This document shows, one piece after another, positions 39,020-49,554 of a DNA stretch of 64,000 bases. A program made the translations under genes and the position numbers. Position 1 is the stretch's first letter. Each line of letters opens with the position of its first letter. The notes beneath the pieces are model-generated. The model had not been told where the DNA came from, did not search any database, and saw only the letters and a list, made by a program, of their open reading frames with translations. Source of the DNA: Gammaproteobacteria bacterium (GTDB taxonomy: Bacteria > Pseudomonadota > Gammaproteobacteria > Eutrophobiales > Eutrophobiaceae); assembly GCA_965222155.1 (NCBI GenBank), contig CBDCTH010000012.1, positions 608,001 through 672,000 of the forward strand. Reading direction: 5' to 3'.

Positions 39020-39739
39020 ATGCAAACCGCAATCGTTATGGGGGTAGGACCGGAACAGGGTCTTGGGGCACAGTTATGCAGACGGTTTGCCGGTTTTGGC
39101 CTGCATGTCGTTGTAGCGGGCCGGACCCGGACGAAACTGGATAAGGTTGTTTCCTTGATTGAGGCGGACGGCAACAGGGCAAGCGCTTATGTCGCTGATG
39201 CCACGAACGAGGCGGAAGTGGCCAGCCTGTTCGACGATGCCTCTCATACCGGCCCCCTGTCCGTCGGTATCTATAATGCAGGCAATAATACGCCGGGCAG
39301 GATTATTGATATGGAGGCGGCCTATTTTGAAAACAGCTGGAAAATCGGCTGTTTCGGCGGTTTCCTGTTCGCCCGTGAGGCGCTGAAAAGAATGCGCGGC
39401 TCCGGCGGAACATTGCTGTTTACCGGCGCCAGCGCATCGATGCGCGGGCGGGCCGGATTTGGCGCTTTCAACTCATCCAAGGCTGCATTACGCACCCTGG
39501 CGCAGGCGCTTGCAAAAGAATACGGCCCGGAAAATATTCACGTCGGCCATGTGGTCGTAGATGGCGCAATCAACGGTGAAAAAATCAAGACCAGGTGGCC
39601 GGAGTATGCAGAAAAACTTGGAGATGGAGGGATGATCAGTATCGACGGTATTGTTGACGCATTCGAGTATCTCTACAAGCAGCCCGCAACCGCCTGGACT
39701 TTTGAAGTGGACCTGCGTACGTCAATCGAGTCCTGGTAG
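39020..39739 (+). CDS. Short-chain dehydrogenase/reductase (SDR)
   Basis: GVGPEQGLG, YNAG, FTGASAS, FNSSK and HVVVDG motifs; AAGGAGG RBS. Confidence 0.9.
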   Translation: MQTAIVMGVGPEQGLGAQLCRRFAGFGLHVVVAGRTRTKLDKVVSLIEADGNRASAYVADATNEAEVASLFDDASHTGPLSVGIYNAGNNTPGRIIDMEAAYFENSWKIGCFGGFLFAREALKRMRGSGGTLLFTGASASMRGRAGFGAFNSSKAALRTLAQALAKEYGPENIHVGHVVVDGAINGEKIKTRWPEYAEKLGDGGMISIDGIVDAFEYLYKQPATAWTFEVDLRTSIESW

Positions 39740-39782
39740 CAGGGAACACCCTGTGTTATCTATGGCAATCCGTTCCTTTTTT

Positions 39783-40274
39783 CTATTCGTTCAATCGCAC
39801 GTAAGCATCGGTGTCCTTCAGTGCGGCGTTATCTTTTATGTAATCCCAGGCCAGTTTACCGGCATCCCGCAGGGCAAGGTTAGCGCCGGAATCCAGTAAG
39901 GTAAGAATAATGTCAGGGTTGTTGCTCTGGTCGGCTGCCGCATGCAACGGGGTGCTCTCCCTGGCATCTCTGGCATTCGGGTCTGCCCCGCCATCCAGCA
40001 GCGCAATAATGATGCCGGGATTGCTGTTGGACCAGGCCGCCCAGTGGAGCGGGGTGGCTCCCCACTCCTTATCCCGCGCATTCATATCCGCGCCGGCGTC
40101 CACCAGTGCAGTGATAACGTCCGGTTCGTCATTGAACGCAGCTGCAAAATGCAGCGGGGTGAATCCCCATTCATCCCGTGCATTTGCATCAGCACCGGAA
40201 TCAAGCTTTTTCTGAACCATCCTTAAAGTGGCTTTTTCAAAAAAAGTCATAGTGTTCCAGTTTGGGTCTGTCAA
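39783..40274 (-). CDS. Ankyrin repeat protein
   Basis: Three TPLH.AA...LLD.GAD.NARD repeats. Confidence 0.9.
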   Translation of the reverse strand: MTDPNWNTMTFFEKATLRMVQKKLDSGADANARDEWGFTPLHFAAAFNDEPDVITALVDAGADMNARDKEWGATPLHWAAWSNSNPGIIIALLDGGADPNARDARESTPLHAAADQSNNPDIILTLLDSGANLALRDAGKLAWDYIKDNAALKDTDAYVRLNE

Positions 40275-40414
40275 TTTAGTTCCCCGGTGGTTAATCCGAC
40301 CATTTTAGTCGCTAATTCAAACGCAGGTCAATATTCTTGTTACCAAAAAAATAATAAATATATATAAATAATAATTGTTTGCAAGCCTCCGGTCTCTTAA
40401 ACCTTGAACAGGTA

Positions 40415-40620
40415 CAGGGCAAACGCATACTTTTGAATTCAGATGTTTTTGCCCGATTCCGTCATTCTGGCGCAGGCCAGAATCCAGTGAATAACCCTTC
40501 ATTACCCTGAGCCTGCGCTGTTGTTTGACTGGATGCTGGCATTCGCCAGCATGACGGGCGGTGTTGTCCGGTTGGTTTCCTGTCTTCTGCAACAGAATCC
40601 AAAAGTATGCGGTTGCCCTG
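40415..40620 (-). mobile_element. 206-bp MITE with ISAs1-like ends, copy 2
   Basis: Near-identical inverted copy of 23984-24189 with its own 10-bp duplication TGAACAGGTA. Confidence 0.9.
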
Positions 40621-40733
40621 TGAACAGGTAAAACTAGCGGGAACTGCTGAGTTTCAGCTTTTTCCCTTGTTTTTGCCGGGATGACAGCTTATTGTTTAGT
40701 AGTTGCCAACTATGTTATGGAAGTGTTTTATCA

Positions 40734-41810
40734 ATGACTGAAAGATTGATTAACGATCGTTTATTACGAGCGTTACGGCGCCAACCTGTTGATATGACGC
40801 CGGTATGGATCATGCGCCAGGCCGGACGCTACCTGCCTGAATATCGCGCCACCCGGAAGCGTGCGGGTGATTTCATGACCCTGTGCAAGACTCCTGAGCT
40901 TGCCTGTGAGGTTACGTTGCAACCCCTGCAACGTTTCGATCTGGATGCGGCAATCCTGTTTTCGGACATTCTGACCATACCCGACGCCATGGGCCTGGGG
41001 CTGCGCGTAGTGGAGAACGTGGGGCCGCAGTTTGCCCGGCCGCTTCGGTCCGGAGAGGATATCCGTAAATTACGCGTGCCGGATGTTGAAACCGACCTGC
41101 GTTATGTCATGGATGCCGTAAGGCTGATCAAACGGGAACTGCACGGCAAGGTCCCCCTGATAGGCTTTGCCGGCAGTCCCTGGACGATTGCCACATATAT
41201 GATTGAAGGGGGGTCAAGCAAGAATTTCAGCCTGGCCAAGCGCATGCTATATGGACAACCGGACCTGATGCACCGGCTGTTGGGTGTATTGAGTCGCTCC
41301 ATCATCGACTACCTGAACGGCCAGATTGCGGCAGGTGTCGATACAGTTATGATTTTTGACACCTGGGGGGGCATATTATCCCGGGCTGCTTACCGGGAGT
41401 TCTCGTTAGACTATATGCAACGGATTGTCCAGGGCATCAAGACTGAAAACCGGGGTAACACCGTGCCCGTCATTTTATTTACCAAAGGTGGCGGGCTTTG
41501 GATCGAGGATATTGCCGGGTCCGGTTGTGACGCCATAGGAGTGGACTGGAGCGTGGACATCGGCGTTGCACGCAGAAGAGCAGGGGGCAAGGTCGCGTTG
41601 CAGGGCAACCTGGATACGGCAGTGTTGTACTCCTCACCGGCGGCGATACGCAGGCAAGTGACCGAGGTGCTGGCTGCTTACGGGGAAGCCGACGGTCATG
41701 TGTTCAACCTGGGGCACGGCATTCATCCTGATATCGACCCGGATAAGGTGGCTGTGCTGGTAGACACGGTGCATGAACTCAGCCGCCCATACCATTCAAA
41801 CCGGTGCTGA
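40734..41810 (+). CDS. hemE: Uroporphyrinogen decarboxylase
   Basis: [31 protein letters not shown] and FNLGHGI motifs. Confidence 0.98.
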   Translation: MTERLINDRLLRALRRQPVDMTPVWIMRQAGRYLPEYRATRKRAGDFMTLCKTPELACEVTLQPLQRFDLDAAILFSDILTIPDAMGLGLRVVENVGPQFARPLRSGEDIRKLRVPDVETDLRYVMDAVRLIKRELHGKVPLIGFAGSPWTIATYMIEGGSSKNFSLAKRMLYGQPDLMHRLLGVLSRSIIDYLNGQIAAGVDTVMIFDTWGGILSRAAYREFSLDYMQRIVQGIKTENRGNTVPVILFTKGGGLWIEDIAGSGCDAIGVDWSVDIGVARRRAGGKVALQGNLDTAVLYSSPAAIRRQVTEVLAAYGEADGHVFNLGHGIHPDIDPDKVAVLVDTVHELSRPYHSNRC

Positions 41811-41816
41811 TATTGG

Positions 41817-41904
41817 GGATATTTGGGGTCAGTGTAAAAACGCTAAACGGATTTTACTGATACCTGAGATTCCAAAATGAGTTTTTACACTGACCCCAAA
41901 TATC
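41817..41904. repeat. REP-like hairpin element, copy 4
   Basis: ggatatttggggtcagtgtaaaaa...tttttacactgaccccaaatatc, with a compensatory T/A change in both arms. Confidence 0.8.
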
Positions 41905-42094
41905 AATGCTCATCGTCGCAGGCACCCGCTGGCGGCACCAATCTGCCAGTGCATAAGGGGACGGATTTGAAATCCGTCCCCGGAGAGCTACGCTGTGCCC
42001 CAGGAAAGGCGCACATCAAAAATCCTGCGCGTTCATTGCGCCCATCGTCGTGCAAATCGTCTTTCCTGACGATTTGTCATCGCATCCATGAGAT

Positions 42095-43024
42095 ATGCAG
42101 GCTAGGGTAAATTCAAAGCAACGCGTCGTGCTGATCGCCAAGGGTTTCTGTATCGGCACGGCAGATATCATTCCCGGGGTGAGTGGCGGCACTATGGCGT
42201 TTATCCTGGGGATTTACGGCGAATTCATTGCAGCAATCAAATCCTTTGACCTTGCCGCGTTGACGGCGCTGCTCAGGCTGGATTTCAGGCAGGCAGCGGC
42301 AAGACCGCATTTCGGCTTTATTTTGCCGCTGCTGTTGGGCATTGTTACCGCCCTGCTGTTTTTTACCCGGGTCGTACAATTACCGCAATTGTTGCTGGAT
42401 TATCCCGAACAGATCTTCGGTTTGTTCTTCGGCCTGATTGGCGGCTCCATCCTGGTCTTGCTGAGGGACCTGGATGGATTAGCTCGCAGGGAAGTTGCCG
42501 CGCTAATAGCAGGAGCGGTTTGCGGTTTCCTGGTGTTCAATATGGTTCCCGTGCAGACTCCGGATGCCGGCTGGTTCATATTTATTGCCGGCACACTGTC
42601 CATCTGCGCAATGATGCTGCCGGGCATTTCCGGATCGTTCGTGTTGCTGATCCTGAATAAATATGCCTACATATTCGCGGCAATCGGTTATCTCAAATTA
42701 TCCGTATTGCTCCCGTTCGCCGGCGGCGCATTGGCCGGCCTGGTCTTTTTCAGCCGTCTGCTGTCATACATACTGGAGCGGTATTACCGCGTTACCGTGG
42801 TTTTCATCACCGGTTTGCTGCTTGCGTCATTAACGGTCATCTGGCCGTTCCAGGAACGTGTCTATGAAACCGTTGGCGGAAATCCGATACTGGTGGACAC
42901 GCATCCCGTTTTCCCCCAGGAGTTTTCGCAGCCGGTACTGATTTCACTCAGCCTCTGTATTACCGGTATCATTGTTGTTCTGCTGCTCAGCAATCTCCAT
43001 AAACCGGAAGCGCGGGGTGGCTGA
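42095..43024 (+). CDS. DUF368 family membrane protein
   Basis: ADIIPGVSGGTMAFILGIY and AMMLPGISGSFVLLIL motifs. Confidence 0.92.
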   Translation: MQARVNSKQRVVLIAKGFCIGTADIIPGVSGGTMAFILGIYGEFIAAIKSFDLAALTALLRLDFRQAAARPHFGFILPLLLGIVTALLFFTRVVQLPQLLLDYPEQIFGLFFGLIGGSILVLLRDLDGLARREVAALIAGAVCGFLVFNMVPVQTPDAGWFIFIAGTLSICAMMLPGISGSFVLLILNKYAYIFAAIGYLKLSVLLPFAGGALAGLVFFSRLLSYILERYYRVTVVFITGLLLASLTVIWPFQERVYETVGGNPILVDTHPVFPQEFSQPVLISLSLCITGIIVVLLLSNLHKPEARGG

Positions 43025-43098
43025 ACGAAGCGGTCACAAATCTGCCGGAGCAGATTTGAGTGTATAAGGGGACGGATTTGAAATCCGTCCCCGGAGAG

Positions 43099-43212
43099 AA
43101 GAACCTGCTCAATGAAGAACCGCCGCTGGTAAACGTGGACGGCGCCTACGATTACTACACACACGACCCGCGCGGGCGCATCTACTATGCCCGTTACCAG
43201 CTGCGATTCTAG
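43099..43212 (+). pseudogene. Orphan C-terminal remnant of a TonB-dependent receptor
   Basis: Translates KNLLNEEPPLVNVDGAYDYYTHDPRGRIYYARYQLRF*; no upstream gene body; bounded by repeats. Confidence 0.65.
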
Positions 43213-43248
43213 CCCTCAATGACCGGCGAATTAGTGAGAAGTGCGGGC

Positions 43249-43590
43249 TAGCCCGCATATCTCACCAATCCGCTTGGAGGTAGACTGAAACTTGTGTGCT
43301 ATCAAATAGTTACCTGGTTAATTCGGGTCATGGCATCATCACACACTGCGCTTGATGCGTTCATTGTGTCCGTCCTTGGACGCAACCCTGTGGGCGGCTG
43401 TCGCCGTGCAAATCGGCTGTCCTGCCGATTTGTCTCGCTTGTCTTTTGGCTGCCAGTGGGCACATGCTTCCTCAACCATAGCTACGGCTATGCTTTCGGT
43501 CCCCGTATCAAGTACGGGGCAGGCTCCGGCGCCCACTGGCAGCCAAAATCCTGTGCGATCATCGCATCAATTGGTGAGATATCCGGGCTA
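43249..43590. mobile_element. MITE-like element (family A)
   Basis: Ends TAGCCCGCATATCTCACCAAT / ATTGGTGAGATATCCGGGCTA; the right end overlaps the lnt stop. Confidence 0.82.
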
Positions 43591-45126
43591 GAGATGCCTC
43601 CTCTTCGGCTGACTGAACAGCAGGATACAAAGCAATAACACCAGTGACAGAATCACGATCGGCTTATCGCCGGCCAGGACGTATGGCGTACTCCCCGCGA
43701 ACAAGGGAACTTTAGCGGCAACGGCATCCGGCTCGAATTGACGTGTCTTGCCGATGATGTTCCCTTTTTCATCGATGATAGCGCTGATGCCGGTGTTGGT
43801 CGCGCGCAGCAGGTAGCGGCCTGTTTCGATGGCCCGCATCTGCGCCATCTGCAGGTGTTGATGGGGTGAGGCAGAAGCGCCGAACCAAGCGTCATTACTG
43901 ACGTTAACCAGTACATCGGCTCCAGGCAGGGCCCGGATGACCTCAGCGCCGAATACGGCTTCATAACAGATGGAAAGCCCCAGGGAGAGGCCGTCGGCTT
44001 GAAACAGCGGCGGGCTGTCCGTGGCGCCGGGGGTAAAATCTGCTATAGGTATCCGCAGGACGCCAAGCGGCCACTCCAGTAACGACTTGAGCGGCAGGTA
44101 CTCACCGAACGGGACAAGGTGGCGTTTATTGTAGACCTGTTGTTTGCCGCCCAGTAATACCAGGCTGTTGAAGTGTGCACCGGTGTCCAGGTTCCTGGTG
44201 GGCAGCCCGATCAGCATGATGGAGCCGTTGTGGCTCGCCGCTCTTTCGAGCTTTCCGATATATTCGCGGACGGTGTGTAAGTAGCCTGGAATAGCCGTTT
44301 CCGGCCAGATAATTAAATCATGACCCCAAAAGGGTTGCGTGATTTCCAGGTAGCGCTCCAGGGATGTGTCTTGATATTCCGGCAACCATTTTACTTCCTG
44401 TGGGATGGCGCCTTGAACCAGGGCCACGTCAATTTCCGAATTACTGTTATCAGTCCATTGGTATTGCCTTAACTGCCAGCCGGCAGCGATAACCAACAGC
44501 AGGATAACAGCCAAAAATATTCTCAACTCCTTCACGATAAGGAGCACACAACCCCCGGCCAGAAAGGCGATGATAAAACTGATGCCGAATACCCCGATGA
44601 GACTCCCATAGCCGGACAGCAGACCGGACGTTTGCGTGTATCCCAGCGTTAACCAGGGGAATCCGGTGAACAACCAGGAACGAACCCATTCTCCCAGGGT
44701 CCATAGCGACGGCATAACGACCAGGAAAAAATAAAAATCAGAGCGTACCGAACGGCAGTTTCCCAGGAATCCGGTCAGGGCCGGAAACAGGGACAGGTAG
44801 GCGACGAGTAAAAAAGTCAGCAGGTAAGCCCCGGCCAGGTTAATCCCGGAAAAAAGATTGATACTGATATGCAACCAGCTGACTCCGACGCCGAACAGGC
44901 CCAGACCGAATAAATAGCCGTTAATAAAGGCTTGCCTGCCGTTGTTGGTGCGCCAGGTCTGGAACAGAAACGCCAGCGTGATAAACGGGATGGCGGATAA
45001 ATTGTACGGTGCAAATGAAAAGGCGGTGGCGCCACCTGCTGCAAGGCACAAAAATCCATTAATGGCCGAACTCGCGGATACCTTACGCCGGCGAGGTTCC
45101 AGGTTGTGAAACAGACGTTTTTTCAA
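43588..45126 (-). CDS. lnt: Apolipoprotein N-acyltransferase
   Basis: TGFPW, WPETA, KRHLVPFGEY, ICYE, SNDAWF and RATNTGIS motifs. Confidence 0.97.
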   Translation of the reverse strand: MKKRLFHNLEPRRRKVSASSAINGFLCLAAGGATAFSFAPYNLSAIPFITLAFLFQTWRTNNGRQAFINGYLFGLGLFGVGVSWLHISINLFSGINLAGAYLLTFLLVAYLSLFPALTGFLGNCRSVRSDFYFFLVVMPSLWTLGEWVRSWLFTGFPWLTLGYTQTSGLLSGYGSLIGVFGISFIIAFLAGGCVLLIVKELRIFLAVILLLVIAAGWQLRQYQWTDNSNSEIDVALVQGAIPQEVKWLPEYQDTSLERYLEITQPFWGHDLIIWPETAIPGYLHTVREYIGKLERAASHNGSIMLIGLPTRNLDTGAHFNSLVLLGGKQQVYNKRHLVPFGEYLPLKSLLEWPLGVLRIPIADFTPGATDSPPLFQADGLSLGLSICYEAVFGAEVIRALPGADVLVNVSNDAWFGASASPHQHLQMAQMRAIETGRYLLRATNTGISAIIDEKGNIIGKTRQFEPDAVAAKVPLFAGSTPYVLAGDKPIVILSLVLLLCILLFSQPKRRHL

Positions 45127-45934
45127 AACGTATCAAATGTATTCTTCTTTTGTCGGCCCGGAGAACTTTTACATTATAATCGGCAAGCTCAATTATCTCT
45201 CCGCGTTTCGGCAGGTAACCGAATTCATTGATTACCAGACCCCCTATCGTATCATAATCATCATGGCTTAACTGTGCGTCGAAATAGTCGTTGAAGTCAT
45301 CGATGGGTGTGAATGCCTGTACCGTATAACGGTTTCTTCCATGTTGTTTAATGAAGGCTTCCTCGTTGAGATCGTGTTCATCTTCGATCTCACCGACGAT
45401 TTCTTCCATAATATCTTCAATAGTTACCAGACCGGCGATACCGTATTCATCGACTACGATGGCCATATGGTTACGGTTGGTGCGAAAGTCTCTCAGCAAA
45501 ACGTTGAGGTGTTTGCTCTCAGGCACGAATACTACGGGACGCATCAGGTTTTTAACTGCAAACTGCTCCGGTTCATCATCGACAAAACAGGACAACAAGT
45601 CTTTTGCCAGCAGGATGCCCAGTACGTCATTCTGGTCGTCACTGACCACCGGGAAACGTGAATGGCCCGATTCGATCACCGTTTTCATAATATCTTCCGG
45701 CTCGGCCGAGGTCCGTATGACGACCATTTGCACCCGGGGGACCATTATGTCGCCTACCTGCATTTCCGCCACATGCAGGGCGCCCTCAAGCATCATCAAT
45801 ACATCGGGATCGAGGATATTTCTCGCTTCGGATTCCCGCAGGACTTCAATTAATGCCGGCAGATCCCGGGGGGTATTTGAAAAGGTGGTATTGAGTAGCT
45901 TCCACCAGGCTTTCTTGTTGTGACTAGCCTGCAT
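45083..45934 (-). CDS. corC: Mg/Co transport-associated CBS protein CorC
   Basis: DIMVPR, SGHSRFPV, HMAIVVDEYG..GLVTIEDI.EEIVGEIEDEHD; expected synteny. Confidence 0.95.
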   Translation of the reverse strand: MQASHNKKAWWKLLNTTFSNTPRDLPALIEVLRESEARNILDPDVLMMLEGALHVAEMQVGDIMVPRVQMVVIRTSAEPEDIMKTVIESGHSRFPVVSDDQNDVLGILLAKDLLSCFVDDEPEQFAVKNLMRPVVFVPESKHLNVLLRDFRTNRNHMAIVVDEYGIAGLVTIEDIMEEIVGEIEDEHDLNEEAFIKQHGRNRYTVQAFTPIDDFNDYFDAQLSHDDYDTIGGLVINEFGYLPKRGEIIELADYNVKVLRADKRRIHLIRFEKTSVSQPGTSPA

Positions 45935-46152
45935 ATCTCATTACCAATGGGTGCGAAGACAAATCGTCAGGACAGACGATTTGCACGGCGACAGCCGTCC
46001 GTAGGGATGCGCCCAGAGCCTGCCCCCCTGCTTACAACCGCAGGGGCAAGCTCTGTATGGAGTTGAGCAGGGGGATGGGCGCAATGAACATGTGCCTGTC
46101 AGCGGCAAAAAGACAAGCGAGGGCGTATTCATTAGTGAGATATGCAGGCTTA
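45925..46152. mobile_element. MITE-like element (family A)
   Basis: Ends TAGCCTGCATATCTCA / TGAGATATGCAGGCTTA; about 170 bp nearly identical to 36749-36919. Confidence 0.82.
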
Positions 46153-46199
46153 ACGGAGGTTTGTCTTTACTCATTGATTCTCGGCGTGTGTGTTTGGCA

Positions 46200-46667
46200 T
46201 CACCGTGATTCCCCGGGGCTTATTGCAATCTCCGGTAAATAAGGATCGGGGAAACCCAGTTCTTGCAATAATGCGGTTTCTTTTGTTTCCATGATTTCCG
46301 CGTCCTTTTCATTCATATGATCATAGCCCATTAAATGCAAAATGCCATGAATAATAATATGCGCCCAATGCGCGTTCAGGGATTTGGCCTGCTTTACGGC
46401 CTCCCGTCTGAGGACGGGAGCACAAATGACTATGTCTCCAAGCAAGGGCGCGCCAGCATCGTGCAGGGGAAATGAAAGAACGTTGGTTGGCTCGTCGATA
46501 TTGCGCCACCTGTTATTGAGCGAGCGCATTTCATCTTCATCGGTAATGCGGATGGTGACTTCCCCCTCCTTTCCGTCCAATGCCGAACCGGCCCAATATA
46601 TGAGTTCATTTTCAGTCGGAACAGAAGTTTCTGCCGAGATGAACTGTACGGTGACATCAATACCCAT
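46200..46667 (-). CDS. ybeY: rRNA maturation endoribonuclease YbeY
   Basis: PTNVLSFP, LGDIVIC and HGILHLMGYDH motifs. Confidence 0.97.
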   Translation of the reverse strand: MGIDVTVQFISAETSVPTENELIYWAGSALDGKEGEVTIRITDEDEMRSLNNRWRNIDEPTNVLSFPLHDAGAPLLGDIVICAPVLRREAVKQAKSLNAHWAHIIIHGILHLMGYDHMNEKDAEIMETKETALLQELGFPDPYLPEIAISPGESR

Positions 46668-46783
46668 AATTCAGCCTCTGTCGTTCATTGTAGCTGAACC
46701 TGAAAGCAACAGAGAGCACAGAGGACACAGAGAAAGTGTTTTTAATCTGCGTTTATCTGCGTCATCTGCGGATGAAAAATGGT

Positions 46784-47770
46784 TCATGTCCTGTCGTTAT
46801 TTTCCCGTCGTTCATACGCATTCAATATACGCGCCACCAGGGGATGGCGCACCACATCCCTTGATTTGAAAAAGGTAAAACTGATCCCTGCCTCAGCATC
46901 GAGGATATCAATCACGTGACGCAGGCCCGATTGTTTCCCCTGAGGCAAATCAATCTGGGTAATGTCACCCGTAATAATGGCCGTTGAATTGAAGCCGATA
47001 CGGGTCAGGAACATCTTCATCTGCTCAATGGTGGTATTTTGCGCTTCATCCAGAATAATAAATGCTTCGTTGAGCGTTCTGCCGCGCATGAAGGCAAGGG
47101 GCGCTATTTCAATAACGTTTTTCTCAATAAATTTCATCACCTGTTCAAAGCCGAGCATTTCATACAGGGCATCGTACAGGGGACGCAGGTACGGATCGAC
47201 TTTCTGCACCAGATCGCCGGGCAGGTAGCCCAGTTTCTCCCCGGCTTCCACTGCCGGTCGCACCAGGACCAAGCGCCTGACCCGGTTCTGCTCCAGGGCA
47301 ACCACCGCGCTGGCGACGGCCAGGTAGGTTTTGCCTGTCCCGGCCGGTCCAATACCGAAACTGACGGCATGTTCCCGGATATTGTTCAGGTATAACCGCT
47401 GATTGGGACTGCGGCCCTTGATGATGCCGCGTTTGGTTTTGATGATGACTTCATCTTCCATCCGCTCGTCGAAGGAATCATCAATGGCCTTATCCTGCAG
47501 CCAGAGATGGATTTTTTCCGGCGACAATATATCCGCGGTCGTTGATTCATACAGTTCGGTCAACAGCCGGCTGGTTATGTTGACAATTTTAGCTGTACCG
47601 ATAATTCGAAACGAATTGCCGCGGTTGTTTATCTCAACGCCAAGACGTTTTTCAATCTGGCGCAAGTGGGAATCCAGAGAGCCACACAAATTGGCCAATC
47701 TCTCATTATCAGCCGGTTCAAGGATGACTTCTGCGGAGACGGGATGGGTCTTGTCCGTGGAAATACTCAA
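46784..47770 (-). CDS. ybeZ: PhoH family ATPase (YbeZ)
   Basis: GPAGTGKTYLA, RPAVEAGE, APLAFMRGRTL, DEAQN and DVVRHPLV motifs. Confidence 0.95.
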   Translation of the reverse strand: MSISTDKTHPVSAEVILEPADNERLANLCGSLDSHLRQIEKRLGVEINNRGNSFRIIGTAKIVNITSRLLTELYESTTADILSPEKIHLWLQDKAIDDSFDERMEDEVIIKTKRGIIKGRSPNQRLYLNNIREHAVSFGIGPAGTGKTYLAVASAVVALEQNRVRRLVLVRPAVEAGEKLGYLPGDLVQKVDPYLRPLYDALYEMLGFEQVMKFIEKNVIEIAPLAFMRGRTLNEAFIILDEAQNTTIEQMKMFLTRIGFNSTAIITGDITQIDLPQGKQSGLRHVIDILDAEAGISFTFFKSRDVVRHPLVARILNAYERRENNDRT

Positions 47771-47773
47771 GTA

Positions 47774-49135
47774 TCAGATTGTCGCGGCCGGTTGTCGGGG
47801 TAACTCGCGTGCGGCCGGTAATTCCCCGCGTAATGAATTAGGGAGTGCCCGGGTTATTTTAATGCCTACCATCTCACCGATGAGTTCGACCGCGCCGGGA
47901 AAATTCACCACACGGTTATTTTCAGTTCGACCAGCCAGTTCCCGCGGGTTTTTACGGGATGTTCCCTCTACCAGGACTGTTTGAACCGAACCTGTCATGC
48001 TCCGGCTTATGTTCTGTGCCTGTTGATTTATCCTGGCCTGGAGAAGTTGCAAGCGCTGCTTTTTCTGCTCCGGCTGAATCTCATCCGGGTAGCTTGCCGC
48101 CGGCGTACCTGGTCGTTTGCTGTAGATAAAACTGAAAGACTGGTCAAAGCCGATTTCCGCAATCAGGTCCAGGGTAGCCTGGAAATCAGAGTCGGTCTCA
48201 CCGGGGAAACCGACGATGAAATCGGAGGATATACTGATATCCGGCCTGATTTTTCGCAACGTCCTTATTTTCGACTTGTATTCAAGCACGGTATGTCCGC
48301 GTTTCATCAGGGCAAGTATGCGATCCGAACCGCTCTGTACCGGCAAATGCAGGTGGTTGACAAGTTCCGGCACGCGGGCATAAACGTCTATCAAACGGTC
48401 GGAAAATTCAACCGGATGCGATGTCGTGTAACGGATGCGCCGGATGCCGTCGATTGCCGCGATATACTCTATCAGGTCTGCCAGGTCGGCAATGCCGTGA
48501 TCATAGGTAGCGCCGCGATAAGCATTCACATTTTGTCCAAGCAGGGTGACCTCCCTGACCCCCTGTCCGACCAACTCGACTACTTCCGCTATGACGTCAT
48601 CCACAGGCCGGGAAATTTCTTCCCCGCGAGTGTAGGGCACCACGCAGAAAGTACAATATTTACTGCAGCCTTCCATGATGGAAACATACGCGACAGGACC
48701 ATCCGCCCGGGGGTCAGGCAACTGGTCGAACTTTTCAATCTCAGGGAAGGATATATCGACCACTGGCTTGCCGGTATGCTGAGCCGCATCGTACAACCCG
48801 GGGAGCCGGTGCAAGGTCTGCGGACCGAATACGATGTCGACATAAGGCGCTCTCTCGTAAATCGCTGAGCCTTCCTGGCTGGCGACGCAACCTCCCACGG
48901 CTATCATGAAATCGGGCTTGTCCTGTTTCCGCCGACGCCAGCGCCCCAGTTCCGAAAACAGTTTTTCCTGGGCCTTCTCACGGATGGAACAGGTATTGAA
49001 GATAATCAGGTCGGCCTCTTCCGGCCTGCTCGTCTCTTCCATGCCATGCGAAACGTTTAATACGTCTCGCATCTTATCCGAGTCGTATTCGTTCATCTGG
49101 CAGCCGAACGTCTTGATAAACAGTTTCTTACCCAT
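47774..49135 (-). CDS. miaB: tRNA-2-methylthio-N6-dimethylallyladenosine synthase MiaB
   Basis: [20 protein letters not shown], radical SAM motif CSKYCTFC and a TRAM domain. Confidence 0.98.
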   Translation of the reverse strand: MGKKLFIKTFGCQMNEYDSDKMRDVLNVSHGMEETSRPEEADLIIFNTCSIREKAQEKLFSELGRWRRRKQDKPDFMIAVGGCVASQEGSAIYERAPYVDIVFGPQTLHRLPGLYDAAQHTGKPVVDISFPEIEKFDQLPDPRADGPVAYVSIMEGCSKYCTFCVVPYTRGEEISRPVDDVIAEVVELVGQGVREVTLLGQNVNAYRGATYDHGIADLADLIEYIAAIDGIRRIRYTTSHPVEFSDRLIDVYARVPELVNHLHLPVQSGSDRILALMKRGHTVLEYKSKIRTLRKIRPDISISSDFIVGFPGETDSDFQATLDLIAEIGFDQSFSFIYSKRPGTPAASYPDEIQPEQKKQRLQLLQARINQQAQNISRSMTGSVQTVLVEGTSRKNPRELAGRTENNRVVNFPGAVELIGEMVGIKITRALPNSLRGELPAARELPRQPAATI

Positions 49136-49317
49136 TTTCCATCCAGGTTGTAAGGAATAGCTAAATTACACGTTCTTTCCTGCTTTTTCCAGTGTTCCGG
49201 CGTCGTACTTGTGGTTTTCGTCGAAGAGAGCCTGCGCCGGTCCGATCTGGTGATGGATCAACTTCCATGAATCATTCTCCAGGATTATTCGCAATAGAAA
49301 ATGGAAACAGGCGAAAT

Positions 49318-49394
49318 TGGTGGCTATGGGTGGACTTGAACCACCGACATCAGCATTATGAATGCTGCGCTCTAACCAACTGAGCTACATAGCC
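49318..49394 (-). tRNA. tRNA-Met (CAT), probably elongator
   Basis: Reverse complement GGCTATGTAGCTCAGTTGGTTAGAGCGCAGCATTCATAATGCTG..GGTTCAAGTCCACCCATAGCCACCA. Confidence 0.95.
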
Positions 49395-49554
49395 ATGGGT
49401 TTGAAAATAGATAGGATTCTGGTAATTGTCCCGGTTTTTGTCAAGGCATATTAAACCTCACCGGCCTTGTCCCAAGGATGTCCTGAAAATATACATTCCC
49501 TGTGCGTACGATATGTTACCCTTATTTGATACGGGCAATCACGGAGTTTTTACA

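Noticed and set aside
36599-39174. Similar small ORFs at 36599, 38570, 38636, 43352, 45941, 24012 and 40317
   Set aside because: They are translations of repeated MITE sequence, not a protein family.
23984-40620. Composite transposon bounded by the two inverted 206-bp MITEs
   Set aside because: Each copy has its own distinct 10-bp duplication, so they are independent insertions.
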